From: Monocercomonoides exilis PA203
Taxonomy: Eukaryota; Protista; Preaxostyla
Length of the DNA: 64,000 bases
Reading direction: 5' to 3'
Assembly: GCA_001643675.2 (NCBI GenBank)
Contig: LSRY02000054.1
Coordinates: 372,001 to 436,000, forward strand
Made by a program: the position numbers and the translations under genes. The notes below the pieces were generated by a model. The model was given only the letters and a program-made list of their open reading frames with translations, had not been told where the DNA came from and ran no database searches. Shown here in pieces: positions 1-12,400 of this stretch (its first letter is position 1; the number at the start of each line of letters is the position of its first letter).

Positions 1-603
1 TTTTCTGTTTGAGTAATAAGTTGCTTGTTTGAGAGGATGATTCTGCTTCATAAATTTGACGATTGATGAATTTGTCAAAAGTGGACATTGATGATTAATT
101 ATTCGATCACATCCTTTTCTTCCGGAAACTCCACAATTAACTCCTTCTTTGCTGTTTGGACACAAATAATAAATATGTCCATCTTTTTTCAACGTTCCAT
201 CATTTTTCACAGGTGTGTAAGCTATCCAAACTGAATTTTTTTGAATTTCAAAGTGAACTTTTCCTATGTCTTCTCCAGTGTTATTAGGGTGCCTGTAAAC
301 TTGATAATAATTAAAACAAATGAAATGATATAATTTTTGATCAAAACTTGAAAATATCAAACATTTTCCAAAAATAGTTGATTTTGAACATTCCAACTCA
401 ACAAATGAACAATCACTTTTTTTTAGCTCTTCTATTTTTTTGCTTAATGCAGCACTCTTTTGTAAAAAAAAAAATGAAATAAAAAAGTTTCTGCCAAATT
501 TTGTCTAATGTTAAATTCAAACGATTTCTTTAGATTTTGCACTGTTTTGTAATTCCAAAGGCAAGCTCCTTAAAAAATCCTCATATGTTGTCAATTGATT
601 CAT
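1..603 (-). CDS. 5' part of a hypothetical Cys/His-containing protein, possibly a DNA transposase with a BED-like zinc finger; runs off the window
   Basis: ATG at 603 (MNQLTTYEDFLRSLPLELQNSAKSKEI), a probable GT..AG intron, then a stop-free frame from ~480 to 1 containing YYLCPNSKEGVNCGVSGRKGCDRIINHQC. Absent from the ORF track. The transposase call rests on the upstream repeat array. Confidence 0.45.
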
Positions 604-631
604 GATATCAATGAAATAATCAATATTTCCG

Positions 632-716
632 TTCGACCGACTGATCTGTTCGACCGACTGATCTATTCGACCGACTGATCTATTCGACCGACTGATCTAT
701 TCGACCGACTGATCTT
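632..716. repeat. 5 x 17-bp tandem repeat TTCGACCGACTGATCTR
   Basis: Units start at 632, 649, 666, 683 and 700; ~30 bp upstream of the minus-strand ATG at 603. Confidence 0.95.
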
Positions 717-1169
717 TGTCGAAAAAATGAATTTTTGAAACAAGGGAAAAATACAAAATCTTATGTTAAAAAAAGGACAATAAGTTATTTTTCATGGACT
801 AATGATAATTTTTTAATTTCGAAACCATGAAAAATCAATTTCTTAATAGCAAAATGTTAAAAATTATTCATTTCCATCAAAAACAGATAATTGTTGATTT
901 GTTTGTTTTTCTATTAATAAATCAAAATATTGAGATACCATGATAAGAAAAAACGAATAAATGAAATGAAAGTGAAATTAATATAAATAGAAATATTTTG
1001 CATTGTCGGTCGACTTGTCGAACACTTTGGAAAATGTCGGTCTGTCGCAAAGGCTTACTCAAAACAGGTTTTTCAATAAAAATATTAAAAATCGTTTTAA
1101 GATCACCACAGTTCTTGAATTATCTTTTCTTTCCCAATTCTAATCACCAACGTGATTTATTTTCGTTAA

Positions 1170-1208
<39 letters not shown>

Positions 1209-1256
1209 TTTTCATAAATATATTCACAATCTTTCATAGCCATTATTTCTGTTACA

Positions 1257-1850
1257 ATGATCCAATTTTTTTTGATTGTGAATAAATTTGGTGAAACACG
1301 ACTTTCACAGTATTATGAATCAATTCCTTTGAATGAAAGAATTGCTCTTGAAGGAGAAGTTGTGCGAAAGTGCGTTTCTCGGCCCGATGGTGCAGTTTGT
1401 TATTCTTTTTTGTGCTGGCATTTTAAGTTTATTGCTGTCTTTTTTTAGGTTCCATTTTTTAATTTTGAAAAATATACAGTCTTTCATAAGCGATATGCAT
1501 CGTTGTACGTAATTGTTGGAACTACTGATGAAGAAGTGTGATTTTAATTGTTTTTTTTGTGTGTTAGAAAAAATTTGCACATAGAATGAACTAGAAATCA
1601 TTGAATTCATTCATTTATTTGTTGAAACATTGGATGAGTATTTTGAAAATGTCTGCGAGTTCGATGTATGAATTAATTTTTTTTTAAAGATTTGAAAGCA
1701 GAATAATGAAATATTTTTTTACAGGTCATGATGAATCTTGATCGAGTCCATTTTATTGTTAACGAAATGATTGCAAATGGGCACATAATTGGTACTGAAA
1801 AGACTGAAATTTTGGAACCAATTGAGTATCTTGACAAACTTTGTCCTTAA
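1257..1850 (+). CDS. AP4S1: AP-4 adaptor complex sigma subunit, 4 exons
   Basis: Spliced translation MIQFFLIVNKFGETRLSQYY...KRYASLYVIVG...NELEIIEFIHLFVETLDEYFENVCEFDVMMNLDRVHFIVNEMIANGHIIGTEKTEILEPIEYLDKLCP*. GT-AG introns at 1395-1448, ~1536-1584 and ~1666-1724. Clat_adaptor_s motifs, most like sigma-4. Confidence 0.9.
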
Positions 1851-2988
1851 AAGTGAAGTGTAAATACCAAATTATTCTTGTTGTAAATTGAAGATTTCTG
1901 GCCTCTGTTTTTATACACTGTTTTGGTTTAAATCGATAATTTATACATGTAAATGTTTTTGTCTCCTCGTTTGAGGAAGGTTTTTATTTTATTTACATAA
2001 CTTCTGTCTATTAACAGGTGTAGTTGATGCAATTTATTTTTTAAATGCTTTGTTTTTAAAGTGAGTATTTTATTATTTTCGATCCATTACTATGTTTATG
2101 AGAAATTTTCATTTTCTTTTGAATTTTTTATAAAAAGATTTTTACACAAAGTTTCATTTGTCTGTTGTAACTTATAAAATATATAAGCCGATTAATTCAC
2201 ACTCGTTTAATTGACTTTTTATATTCTTTGTTTGACATTTGACGGATTGATCTGTTTTTATTTTGTTATTTGTCTCTTTCTTTTAACAATCAAGGATGAA
2301 AAAAATAAGCTATCGAATGATTAGCTCTTTTTATTTACTTTTTTATTCGACTTTTCAGAATGGACACTCTTTGAGGCATGAATAAATCTCAATAATCTAT
2401 CTGCATTGAAAATAAAAATATTTTCTTTCAATATTCACTTTGATTGAATTTTCTGAATGAGCTTTCTTGACATAATTATTAGGTATCCCTTACACGCAAA
2501 TTATTCTATCCATGTGGTCACACACAAAATTTGAATAAAGCAATTTTCATTCAAACGACAAATATTTGTTGTTCAACAAATTTTTGTGATTTCCTTTTCA
2601 AATCAACAGAAACTTCGAGTTTTTTAAAAAATCGTATTTTTCGATAAACAAATAAAATGAGAAAAAGAATGAAATACAAGTTGCAAATAGTGCGAACAAT
2701 TGAACTAATAAAATCAACGTGTTGTACAATGATATAAAAATTTGTAAAATTCCAGAGAAAAACATTCGCAGGAAACCAACTTTCAATGATCATAATATTA
2801 AACTCAAAAATACATTGCTCTATTTTATGAAAAAAAAAATTACTGTATAGAAAATTCAGTATAAATTAAAAAAGCATAAAGGAAACATTTCTAGCCATTT
2901 TTGTTGGTTACGAGCTTGCATAAAACCGTAGCAAGCTCCTCAAAAAAAAAAAAAAAGTCAGAAAAAAAAGCACCATTAAAACATTTCC

Positions 2989-4463
2989 TCAAACATTCAC
3001 AAAATAATCAGAAATATTTAATGACAATTCACAATCGTATTCCTTGTTAATATAATCATAAGTTTCATGAAAGCTAGCAATTGTATCTTCAAATCCTTCT
3101 TCTTCTAGCTTTTCGCGCATCTTCATTTTGGTAGCCTTGGTTTTCGCTTTGACAGATTCGCCTTCATTCTTTCCATTAAATCCGTCTGAAATATTCAAAA
3201 AGAAATACAAGAAATCTCTCACCATTTCATCTTTCGGAGTTGATTTCTTCATTTCTTCTGAAAACAGATCAACGACTCCTTCCTTCAGCAAGTCATCAAC
3301 TTCCGTGGCTTTGTTCGTCGTTGTACATCTTAATGTTTCAATGCATTGGTCGCTTATTCTTCTGTGATTATCTCTTGATGCTCGAAATACCTTAACAATG
3401 CTACCAATTAGCACAGAAAATTCTTCATTCCATAATTTGAACCAGAAAAAGTAATTATCAATTGAATAGAGCCATCCCTTGATAACAAGCACTTCTTTGA
3501 CTTCTCTTCCTCTTTTCTCTTCTTTTCTCTTCCAATCCACATTTCTTGTCAGTTCTTCCAGCTCTCTTGAGGCCTCTCTCGCAAAATGCAGTTCATCTTC
3601 AATAACTATTTCCAAACTTCCATTGGTATAAAACCTATTCATCAAAAACTCCCAAGCATATTGATACGCCAGATGAGTAAGGTTGCGATGCTTTTGGTGA
3701 AATTGGATAATATCTTTGATTTCATCCAAGAAAAGTTCTTGCTCCATTTTCTAACAAAAAAGAAAGAAAGAAATACAATGACGTTGGGGATATAAAAGAA
3801 ATACACATACATCATATCCAAAGCAACGCAAAGCCATAAAAGCCATTTCCACTTCTTTTTGGTTCTCCTTGTCTTTCTCTTTGCGCAAAGCAACTTTCAG
3901 AAGATAAGGTACACATATCGATATAAAATTTATAAAAGTTCCATTGTTAAGGAACAGATGGCACTCACAAAGATCAACCCATAGCTTTTCATTTCTTTCT
4001 CTCTTTATCATAACTTCGTCAGAAATCACCTTTTTAAATACTTTGCTCAGTGAAGATTTTTTAAAGCTATCAACCCACGTATATTTCATAATTTTCCAAT
4101 ACCCAATGTTCTTCAACAAATAAAGAACATTTTTCATCGAAAGTTTCATTTCTACATACATATTGAATATTTTATCGAACATTTCTTTTGTGAAAACTGT
4201 TTTTAATTCTTCTTCATTCATTTCTTCCATCGCTTCGTTCAGTTCTTCAATTCTGTCCTTCAGCTCAATTTCTGCGCAATAACCAAGTTTATCAAACAAT
4301 TCTTCCAAATGAATTTAAAACAAAACGATGAGAACCTTTCAAATAACGGAAAAAGGAACAAACCTGAAAAGCGTTCAGTCGTTGGAATCTTTTTATGCTC
4401 ATCCACTTGCTTATCATCAATGCACGAACTCATTTTGCTTATCATGCACAGTGAATGATACAT
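2989..4463 (-). CDS. Member of a lineage-expanded alpha-helical hypothetical protein family, 3 exons
   Basis: ATG 4463 MYHSLCM...TERFS, intron, ELFDKLGYC...CFGYD, intron, KMEQELFLDEIK...DYFVNV*. Two GT-AG introns join ORFs 4260-4511, 3751-4308 and 2989-3747 in frame. Confidence 0.8.
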
Positions 4464-5341
4464 TCGAATTGTTTCTTTGCTAACAAAAAAATCGATAAAT
4501 ACAAACATCATTGTTTATCTTTCAATACGGAAATTTTACAACAAAAAAGGAAATGCCTTGCTTTATTGAAAAAAGGTTTTGGAAAAGGTCCAACGAAATT
4601 GCAAGGCTACGTTGAATGAGGCCAGAAATGATAATCTTTTAATTCTGTTTGATCAAACCAATAATTATGCATGATGATGAAATTAAACTTTTTCATTTCA
4701 AGCAATTGACTTTTGGACTAGGAATTGAATTTTTTCTAAGAAGGAAATGAAATTTAAACCTTTGAGAAAAAGAAAATCGATGAATATATCAATTCTTGAA
4801 GAGAAATAAATAATCACTTTTGCCTTCTTCAATACTTACGGAAAGCAAGGGCAACGAATGTTTGCATACTCAACGAATGCAATCTGTTATTGAATTACAT
4901 TTTTTATTTTCATTTCCAACGAATCGTGGAACTGTTGAAATTGAATGAATTCGAAAATCAAGAAGAGTGGACAAAACAAAAGCATTGAACGATTTTCGCA
5001 AAAGGAAACAAATATGAAACAATCGACCTTGGAGAAGAAACAAGGCAAATGCTTCAATTGCAAGAGAGGAAAAAAGAATCAGGAAATGAACATTGTAAGA
5101 ATAATTTGATAAAAAAGCAAAAGCAACAAAGCTCATCAAAAGATCTTTTGAATGTGAAACAGCTGATAAAGTTTATCCTCCTTATTACACTCTAAATTAT
5201 TGAAAACATTTTACAGAAAAAAAACATTTCCGAATGAAAAATAGGGATTGGAAGAGGAAACAAAAAGGCAACTATGTCTCTGAAAATTAATGACACTTCC
5301 AAGAACTCAACATTCCTTCTTCCTTTCTTTTTTCGGTGTAT

Positions 5342-5500
5342 TCATTCTTCGCCATCCTCTTTCTCCTCGTTTTCCTTTTCCTCTTCCTCTTTTTCTTCCT
5401 CTTTTTCTTTCTCCTCTTCTTCTTCGTCTTCGTCTTCGTCTTCTTCTTCTTCACTTTCTTCTTCTTCACTTTCTTCTTCTTCACCTCCTTCTTCTATATT
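5342..5500. repeat. (CTT)n-rich low-complexity tract, acidic E/D run on the minus strand
   Basis: CTT/CGT trinucleotide runs; source of several spurious ORFs. Confidence 0.75.
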
Positions 5501-6483
5501 AGTCCTTGTATTTATTTTGAAAGTTGTTTGATGAAAGCATTCAAATGCAACTTTCAGTTAGAAGTGGCGCACTTATGAAAAAGTTTCCGAGATGAATGTG
5601 GCGAACTGGGCAAGAGGGATTTTGGAGAAAGAAAATAAATTGCGTTTGAGTTGGGTGATATTGAGAAGAAAGGGAAAGGAAGGGGAAGGGGCAATGGATG
5701 GAGAGCCAAGGAAAAGTATTTGTGAGAAAGGAAAATGAACATGAGAAGGAAAAAGGAAGGAAGAAAAGAGAAGAGAAGGAGAAAGTTTTGAAACAAGATG
5801 CACTACAGAGTGGTTTGAAGGAGTGAAGGGAGGGGAAATGGGGGATTCCCGTTTGAATGAAGGAAAAATCTGTTAGAGGTTTGCATTTTTTATGGGAGAT
5901 GGAAGTAAATGAGGCTGAACAACAAAGAGATTGGATGTTGGATTTGTCAGCTGTCTCGATCAGAAAGGTTATTCGCTTACGCTGAAGACTATTTGGGAAG
6001 AGGGTTTATTCAAAGTTTTTCGAGTCACAGATATCATATGAGACACTTTTTGCAATCAGAATAAGTTCTTGTGGAACAAGACTTTGTGCATTGGTTAAGA
6101 ATCAAAGAAAGTGTTTTGACAGCGATTGGAAATGTGCGCATCGAATCAGGAAAAAGTGAATGGTCTTGAATATGTTTGTATTCGTTTTAATTTTCCAGTA
6201 ATTTGTTTCTTTTGCAGTTCAGATATTTGTTGAATGAATTATAACCAAACAATATATTTTCGAATCCAAATTTTGATTGTTCCATTAAGAAAAATTCAAA
6301 AAAGCATATTGAAAGAGTTAAAAATGGATATTATTAAAAAATGAAGTCTTAATCAAAGAAAATTCATTATTCATGCTAATTTCATGAAATTAAAATTTGG
6401 AAATGTTAAAATCAGTATTTTTTGTGAAATATGATCAAAAGACATAATAGTTAATATAATTTGTGAATTTATGTTTATTAACA

Positions 6484-9400
6484 ATGAGCAGGCGTTTGCT
6501 TTTATTGATCTGTCTGCTCATCGCCAAAACATTTGAAGTGCAAGATATATTTCCACTTACCGCATTGAAAAATCAAGATTCTTGCACTGAAACACATCAA
6601 CACAATAATCGTGCTTATTCAAATAAAGGCACTCCAGAAAATAAATACTTACATTCAAAGAACGCTATTGTGACTGGAATTATGCAAAGCATATTTTCTG
6701 AAGCGAAAGGACTTCGACGGCTTGCAACAACTGCAATTTTTTCTTTTTTTGAATTCTTCAATTCTTCAGTTGGACTGAAAAATGTGGCACTTGAACATCC
6801 TTCTTCACCTTTGATGCTTGTTGCAGATAAATCAAGTGTGATGCTGGATTTGTGCATTTCCCACCAAGAATCTGAATCTCCTTTTCATTTGCAAAGTGGG
6901 TCAATCTGCATGGCGAATTTGAGTTTGACCCCCCAAATGAATGTCAACCCTTCCAGTCTTGTTTTTTCATCTGATGATTCAAATATTGCCATTTTGAGAA
7001 ATTCCATCGTTACAGATCTGGCTGTTTCATCCTCAGATTATTTCCTATTGTCTGGAAACAGTAAAAGTGAAGAGATTTCTAACTGTGCCTTCAGGAACAT
7101 GTCTGTGAAATATACCACAAATGGTGATAATTTTGTGGACCATTCATGCTTGTTGAGTTCAATGGAGAATTGCCTCATTTATTCGTGTGTGAATGCCTTT
7201 GAAGGAGGGATCTCAAGTGGATCGCTTTCTTCAGAGAAATTTGTCTGTAAAAACACAACTACTCTTTTTGGGAAAAGGGGAAAGAATGCTCTTCAGAAAA
7301 AAGAACAAATGGACACAACAGAAAGCCAATCCTTTTCATTGTGTGAATGGGAAGATTGCACAGCACCACAAGGAGGTGCTCTCTATGTTCATGACAATGA
7401 AAATGCACTTTTGACAATTGAAAATTCTTCTTTCGCAAGATGTTATGCTTCATTGACAAGAGGCGGAGGGATATATGCTTTGAAAGTCGCTGAATGCATT
7501 GTTCAGCACACAACATTTGATCAATGCTCAGCTGCAGCAACCTCAGATTATGGTGGTGGAGGAATTACAGCAGAGAGCATATACGTTCAGTTAATGGTTG
7601 AAGATTGCTCTTTTCACAGCTGTTTCTCCGGAAACGACGGAGGTGCAATTGAACTCAGTTGGTCGAAAACAGAAAAACAGAAAAAATGTATCATAAATTC
7701 CAATTTTGATAACTGTAGATGCAATGTATCATCTAGTGGAATAGGAGGTGCGATCGAACATTGGGATCCAACTGATAAAGTTATAATTTCAAATTGTCTA
7801 TTCCGCAATTGCTATTCAATGTGTGGAGGAGGCGCAATTGGCTTATTAGTTAATAGTATCAATAACGGAACATTGCTTTGTTATTGCTTTTTCCACAATA
7901 ATACATGCCAAAAAGGAGGACATGACATTGTTCTTATAGATTCAACATCAAACAACATTGATTCCACATGCTTTTCAACAAGGCAAACAGAAAACAGAGT
8001 TAGCACTCATTACTATTCTGTTATTGATAAAAGCGAATGGCTTCGAAATGATTTCGGAAAAGTCAGATTTGTCTCATCAGTGCAAACAGAACCCAATGCC
8101 ATTGATACATATTCATGCGGACTGCATAAAAACCTTCCGTGTTGCACCATCAGGCACTGCCTCACTCAGCTGATTCCAGAATTTGTAACTGATATAGAGA
8201 TACTCACAGGCACAATCACAGAGACAAAAAGTGTGGACTGCAACATCAATTCTTTCACAATATATGGACAAAGCGATTTGAGCTCAACAGTTCAAATTGA
8301 ATTAGAGGCAGCTGGATTGTCTCTTTTTTCAGTCTCAACAGGAACGTTGGCTGCCAGAGACTTTGTTCTTGTGTGTGACTGTGCATATGAAAATAATCGT
8401 GGTTCAAGACTGTTTGAGATTACTGGAACAGGAGAGATGCATATTAGCAGATTGAACATATCAACAGGAAGTGGGCAAACTTCAGAAACAGCTTTTTCAA
8501 CAGAACTGATAAATGTTCAGAATGGGGTGTTTCAGATGGAACATGTGAACTGGGCAAAGACAATCTCCACAACTTCATTGTTTTCACTTTCTTCAACAAA
8601 TGAAATTTCATTGACTCTCTCAGAATGCACCTTTGATGGGATTGAAAGAACAACAAGCGGAGCAGCAGTGATATCGTTTTCGAATGACAAAGCTAACATG
8701 AATCTGGATTCTTGTTCATTTTCAGGATGTGGAAGCACAAATTCAGAAAATGGAGGATCGATGATGCTGTGTGTTGGGAATGAGAATGAGGTGAAAGTGA
8801 AAGGCGGATCTTTTGATGGATGCTTTTGCTCAGAAACAGATGGATTTGGGGGAGGAATTCTTCTTCAATTATTGACTGATAATCCAGATTTCCTGATATC
8901 CTCTTCTTTTGGAATAAACACAGCCAAGTGGGGGAATAATATCTTCGTCATTTCACCAGATTTGGAAGCAATTGCCAATCCTCAAAAGATTTCGTGTGTT
9001 TCAGCTTCTTTAGATACTTTTGACAAAGTGAGAGGATATGACAATGGAAACACAAGTGTGGCCATTCCTCTGTGTATCTATCTCCTTCCCGATCCAACAG
9101 AAATATATGTGAGTAATACTGAGGCATCCGATCACTCACATTGTGGAATTGCTCAATTCCCTTGTTTGACAATAAAGCACTCACTCGCAAGGCAAACAGG
9201 AGAAAAGAAAATTATTGTAAGTGGAATGATTTTGGTGAGCGAAGAAATGACATTTGCAGAGAGTGGGTGTGTTATCGAAGGAAGCGACGAGAATAGCGGG
9301 TGGTCTGTGAATGCCGATGGCGATATATCAAATAACCCGATGCTATGTGCACATGGAGATGCAGCATTGTCAAATCTTATCTTTTCTCTCCCTCCTTCTC

Positions 9401-12400
9401 TGTCGACTTGCTTCAGTTTCCTTTCATCGGACAGATTTTTACGGATTGTCTCATGCTCTCTTTCGCTTCAAGATCCATCGGCTGATCTTAATCTGCTGTT
9501 CTTATTTGTTGAATCAGGAACCTTAACAATCGATACATTCTCTGCTTTTCCATTTAATATAAATGGAAGACCGTTTATTTCGTTATCAGGAAGCAGCACA
9601 GAAGCCAAATTGAAAAATGTTTATTTGATTGAGATTGAAACAAGTTGTACATCAGGATTATTTGAAGTGGTTGAAAAGGCTTCAATTCAAATGAGTGATT
9701 GTGAAATTTCTTCGATTGCTCCATCAGAAGGAATAACATCCACTCGTTTGATCTCTTCCACAAGCGCCAAGAAAATAAAAATTATTCGAACTGATATTTC
9801 AAACTTTGCAGTCAAAGACCAAAATGGAGGAGCAATCGAGTGCACTGTTGAAAGTGGTTGCTCTTTTGTCTTTGAAGAAGGAAGCATGAGCTCGTGCAAA
9901 AGTGAGGGAGGGAGTGGAGGAGGGTTGTGGGTTCAGATGAAAAGTGGATCATCTCTCAGCATTGGCAATGTGACAGAATCCCTTTCAAACAATGATAATG
10001 GAAATGAAGAAGAGAAAAAAGTGTGCTTTTCTCATTGTTCAGCAACTGCAAATGTTGATGGGAGGAAAGGATTGGGAGGAGGGATATATTTGTATTTGGA
10101 TGCTGGAGCATCTGATTTTATATTGAAGAGCGTGAGATTTGATGGATGTTCAGGAAGGAAAGGGAAAGACTTGTTTTTGGATGCAAATGATCTGAGGGCT
10201 GTGACAAACACAGCAACAATCTGCTTCAATGTTGATGTGAATGACCTTCACAAGTTGAACGGGTTTGAGCGCTCAACGGCAAATGAAGAATTCGTGATAC
10301 CACTTGTTGCGTATTTTTGGAGCAACTTCACATCCCCTTGCCATGTTGGAGGGCAGAAGGCACATGATTTCAGTGGGTGTGGATTTGAGCAGGTTCCGTG
10401 TTGCACAATTACTCAGGCAGCAGATTTGAGGTTTTCTGGAAAAAACAAGTCGATAAAACTGCATTCTCCATTTTCATTTGTGGAAGAACTGAAGATAGAT
10501 TCAAATGAATGGAGCGTGACTGGAGAAGGAAATTCCTCAAATTATGAGATTGAAGCAGAAATTTCTGGTTCACAAAGTGGAGTATTCAAGACACACTGAC
10601 CAACAACCTTTGATGAGGTTGTGCTTTCTGTTGCAGAAAGAATAGGATCTTATGAAAGCATATTCCATTGCATTTCCAGTCAATTGACAATTCAGAGCTG
10701 TGGAATTGTTGCCTCGGAAAACGAATTGCGAGTTTCCTTTGTGAAAGTGGAAGGGGGCGAGGTTGTGATAAGCAATGCGTTTGGGAATGCAATCGGATGG
10801 CAGGTGAGTGCGATTATTGTTGATGGGGGAAGTGGAGGTTTCTCTTCAGTTGAAATCAGTGAAAGCAACTTTTCCGGAAACAGCGAGCAAAATGGATGTT
10901 TGATTGAATGCAGAAGCATAATGAGTTTGAACATCACTAAATGTGAAATGAAGACAATAGAAAGAACAATTGGAAATGGAGGATGCATAAACGTTGACAA
11001 CAGCAATGATGAAAATACGAACACACAAATAAATATTGAAGAATGTTATTTTGAGGAATGCTCTGTACTGGCTGATAGAAGCAGAGGAGGGGCTATCAAT
11101 GCTCAGCTGAAAGGAAATACGCATTTGGATATTATTTCTGGCACATTCACAGGATGCACAGCGCCAACTGGAGAAGAAGGGAAAACTGGGTTTGGTGGAG
11201 GGATGACACTGAAGCTGATTGATGAGTATTCTTCATTTGTGATCTCATCCCCTGTTTTTGATTCTGATAAGCCAAATACTGCAAGATATGGAAATGATCT
11301 TTTTGTTGAGTCATTCAACTTGACAAAGAGCATCACAAATGACTCACTTCCATTTGTATCTGAGCATTTAAATGATATTTCATTGAATTCCATGAGAGGG
11401 TTTGATGGGAATGACACAACGAATGCTATTCCATTTATCTATTTCTGGCGAACATTTGGCTCAGAGATAGTTGTTAGTGATGATGGAAAAGATGTTTGCA
11501 CTTGTGGATTCTCAGATTATCCTTGTTTGTCAATTGATTATTCATTAACAAAACTGCCAGAAGGAAATGAAAGGAATATAAACATCATTGGAAAAGGAAT
11601 TATTCAAAAATGTATTGATCTCAGCGGAGTTTCTATTAAATCAGATGATGAAGAAATGTGCTCTTTGGAATGTCACTCTTCTCTTGAAGGAGCAGAAGGA
11701 GCTGCAATGAAGATTCAGGGCATTTCCAAATTCGAACTGATTCGCTTTGTTATTCCATCTTCATTTACAAGTGGAGTCAATTATTTGATGCATGTTGACT
11801 CAAGCGATGGATCATTGACTGTGAAGGACTGTTCATTCACAAAAAATGAAGAAAGTGGAGAAGAAATAATTAATTTTGGGCTGATCAAAGCAGATGGAGG
11901 AACTGTTCAATTGGAGTTTGTGTCAATGCAATCACTCAGCTTTTCAAAAGATGTTATTTCTGTTTTGTCAACAACAACATTGAATGTGAAAAACCTGACG
12001 ATGAAGAATGTTGAGCTGGAAGGAGCAAGCGGATTGAGGATTTCAAAGAGTTCAAAAAGAAAGAATAATGAAGAGGAACAAGATGTTCTTATTGAGTGGA
12101 GCATTTTCGAAGAAGTCACCCAGAACACAACAGATGATATACCAATCATTCGAAATATCAATGATAATCCATTGAAAATTGTGATTCGAAACACAACGAT
12201 GAAGAAGTGTGGAGGGTTGAAGTGTGGAAAAGGAGGAGGGATGTTTTGTGTGTTGAATGAGGGAGGAAGCTTTGATTGCTCATTTTGCACAATTTCTGAG
12301 TGCTTCTGCTCCACCACAGGAAGAGGTGGGTGGCTGTTTCTGGAGTGCACCTCGACAGCCGAGCAGCCTCTGAATTTTGTGCTGTTGAATATCACATTCA

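Noticed and set aside
632-716. CRISPR-like array
   Set aside because: Head-to-tail repeats with no spacers, eukaryotic context, no cas genes.
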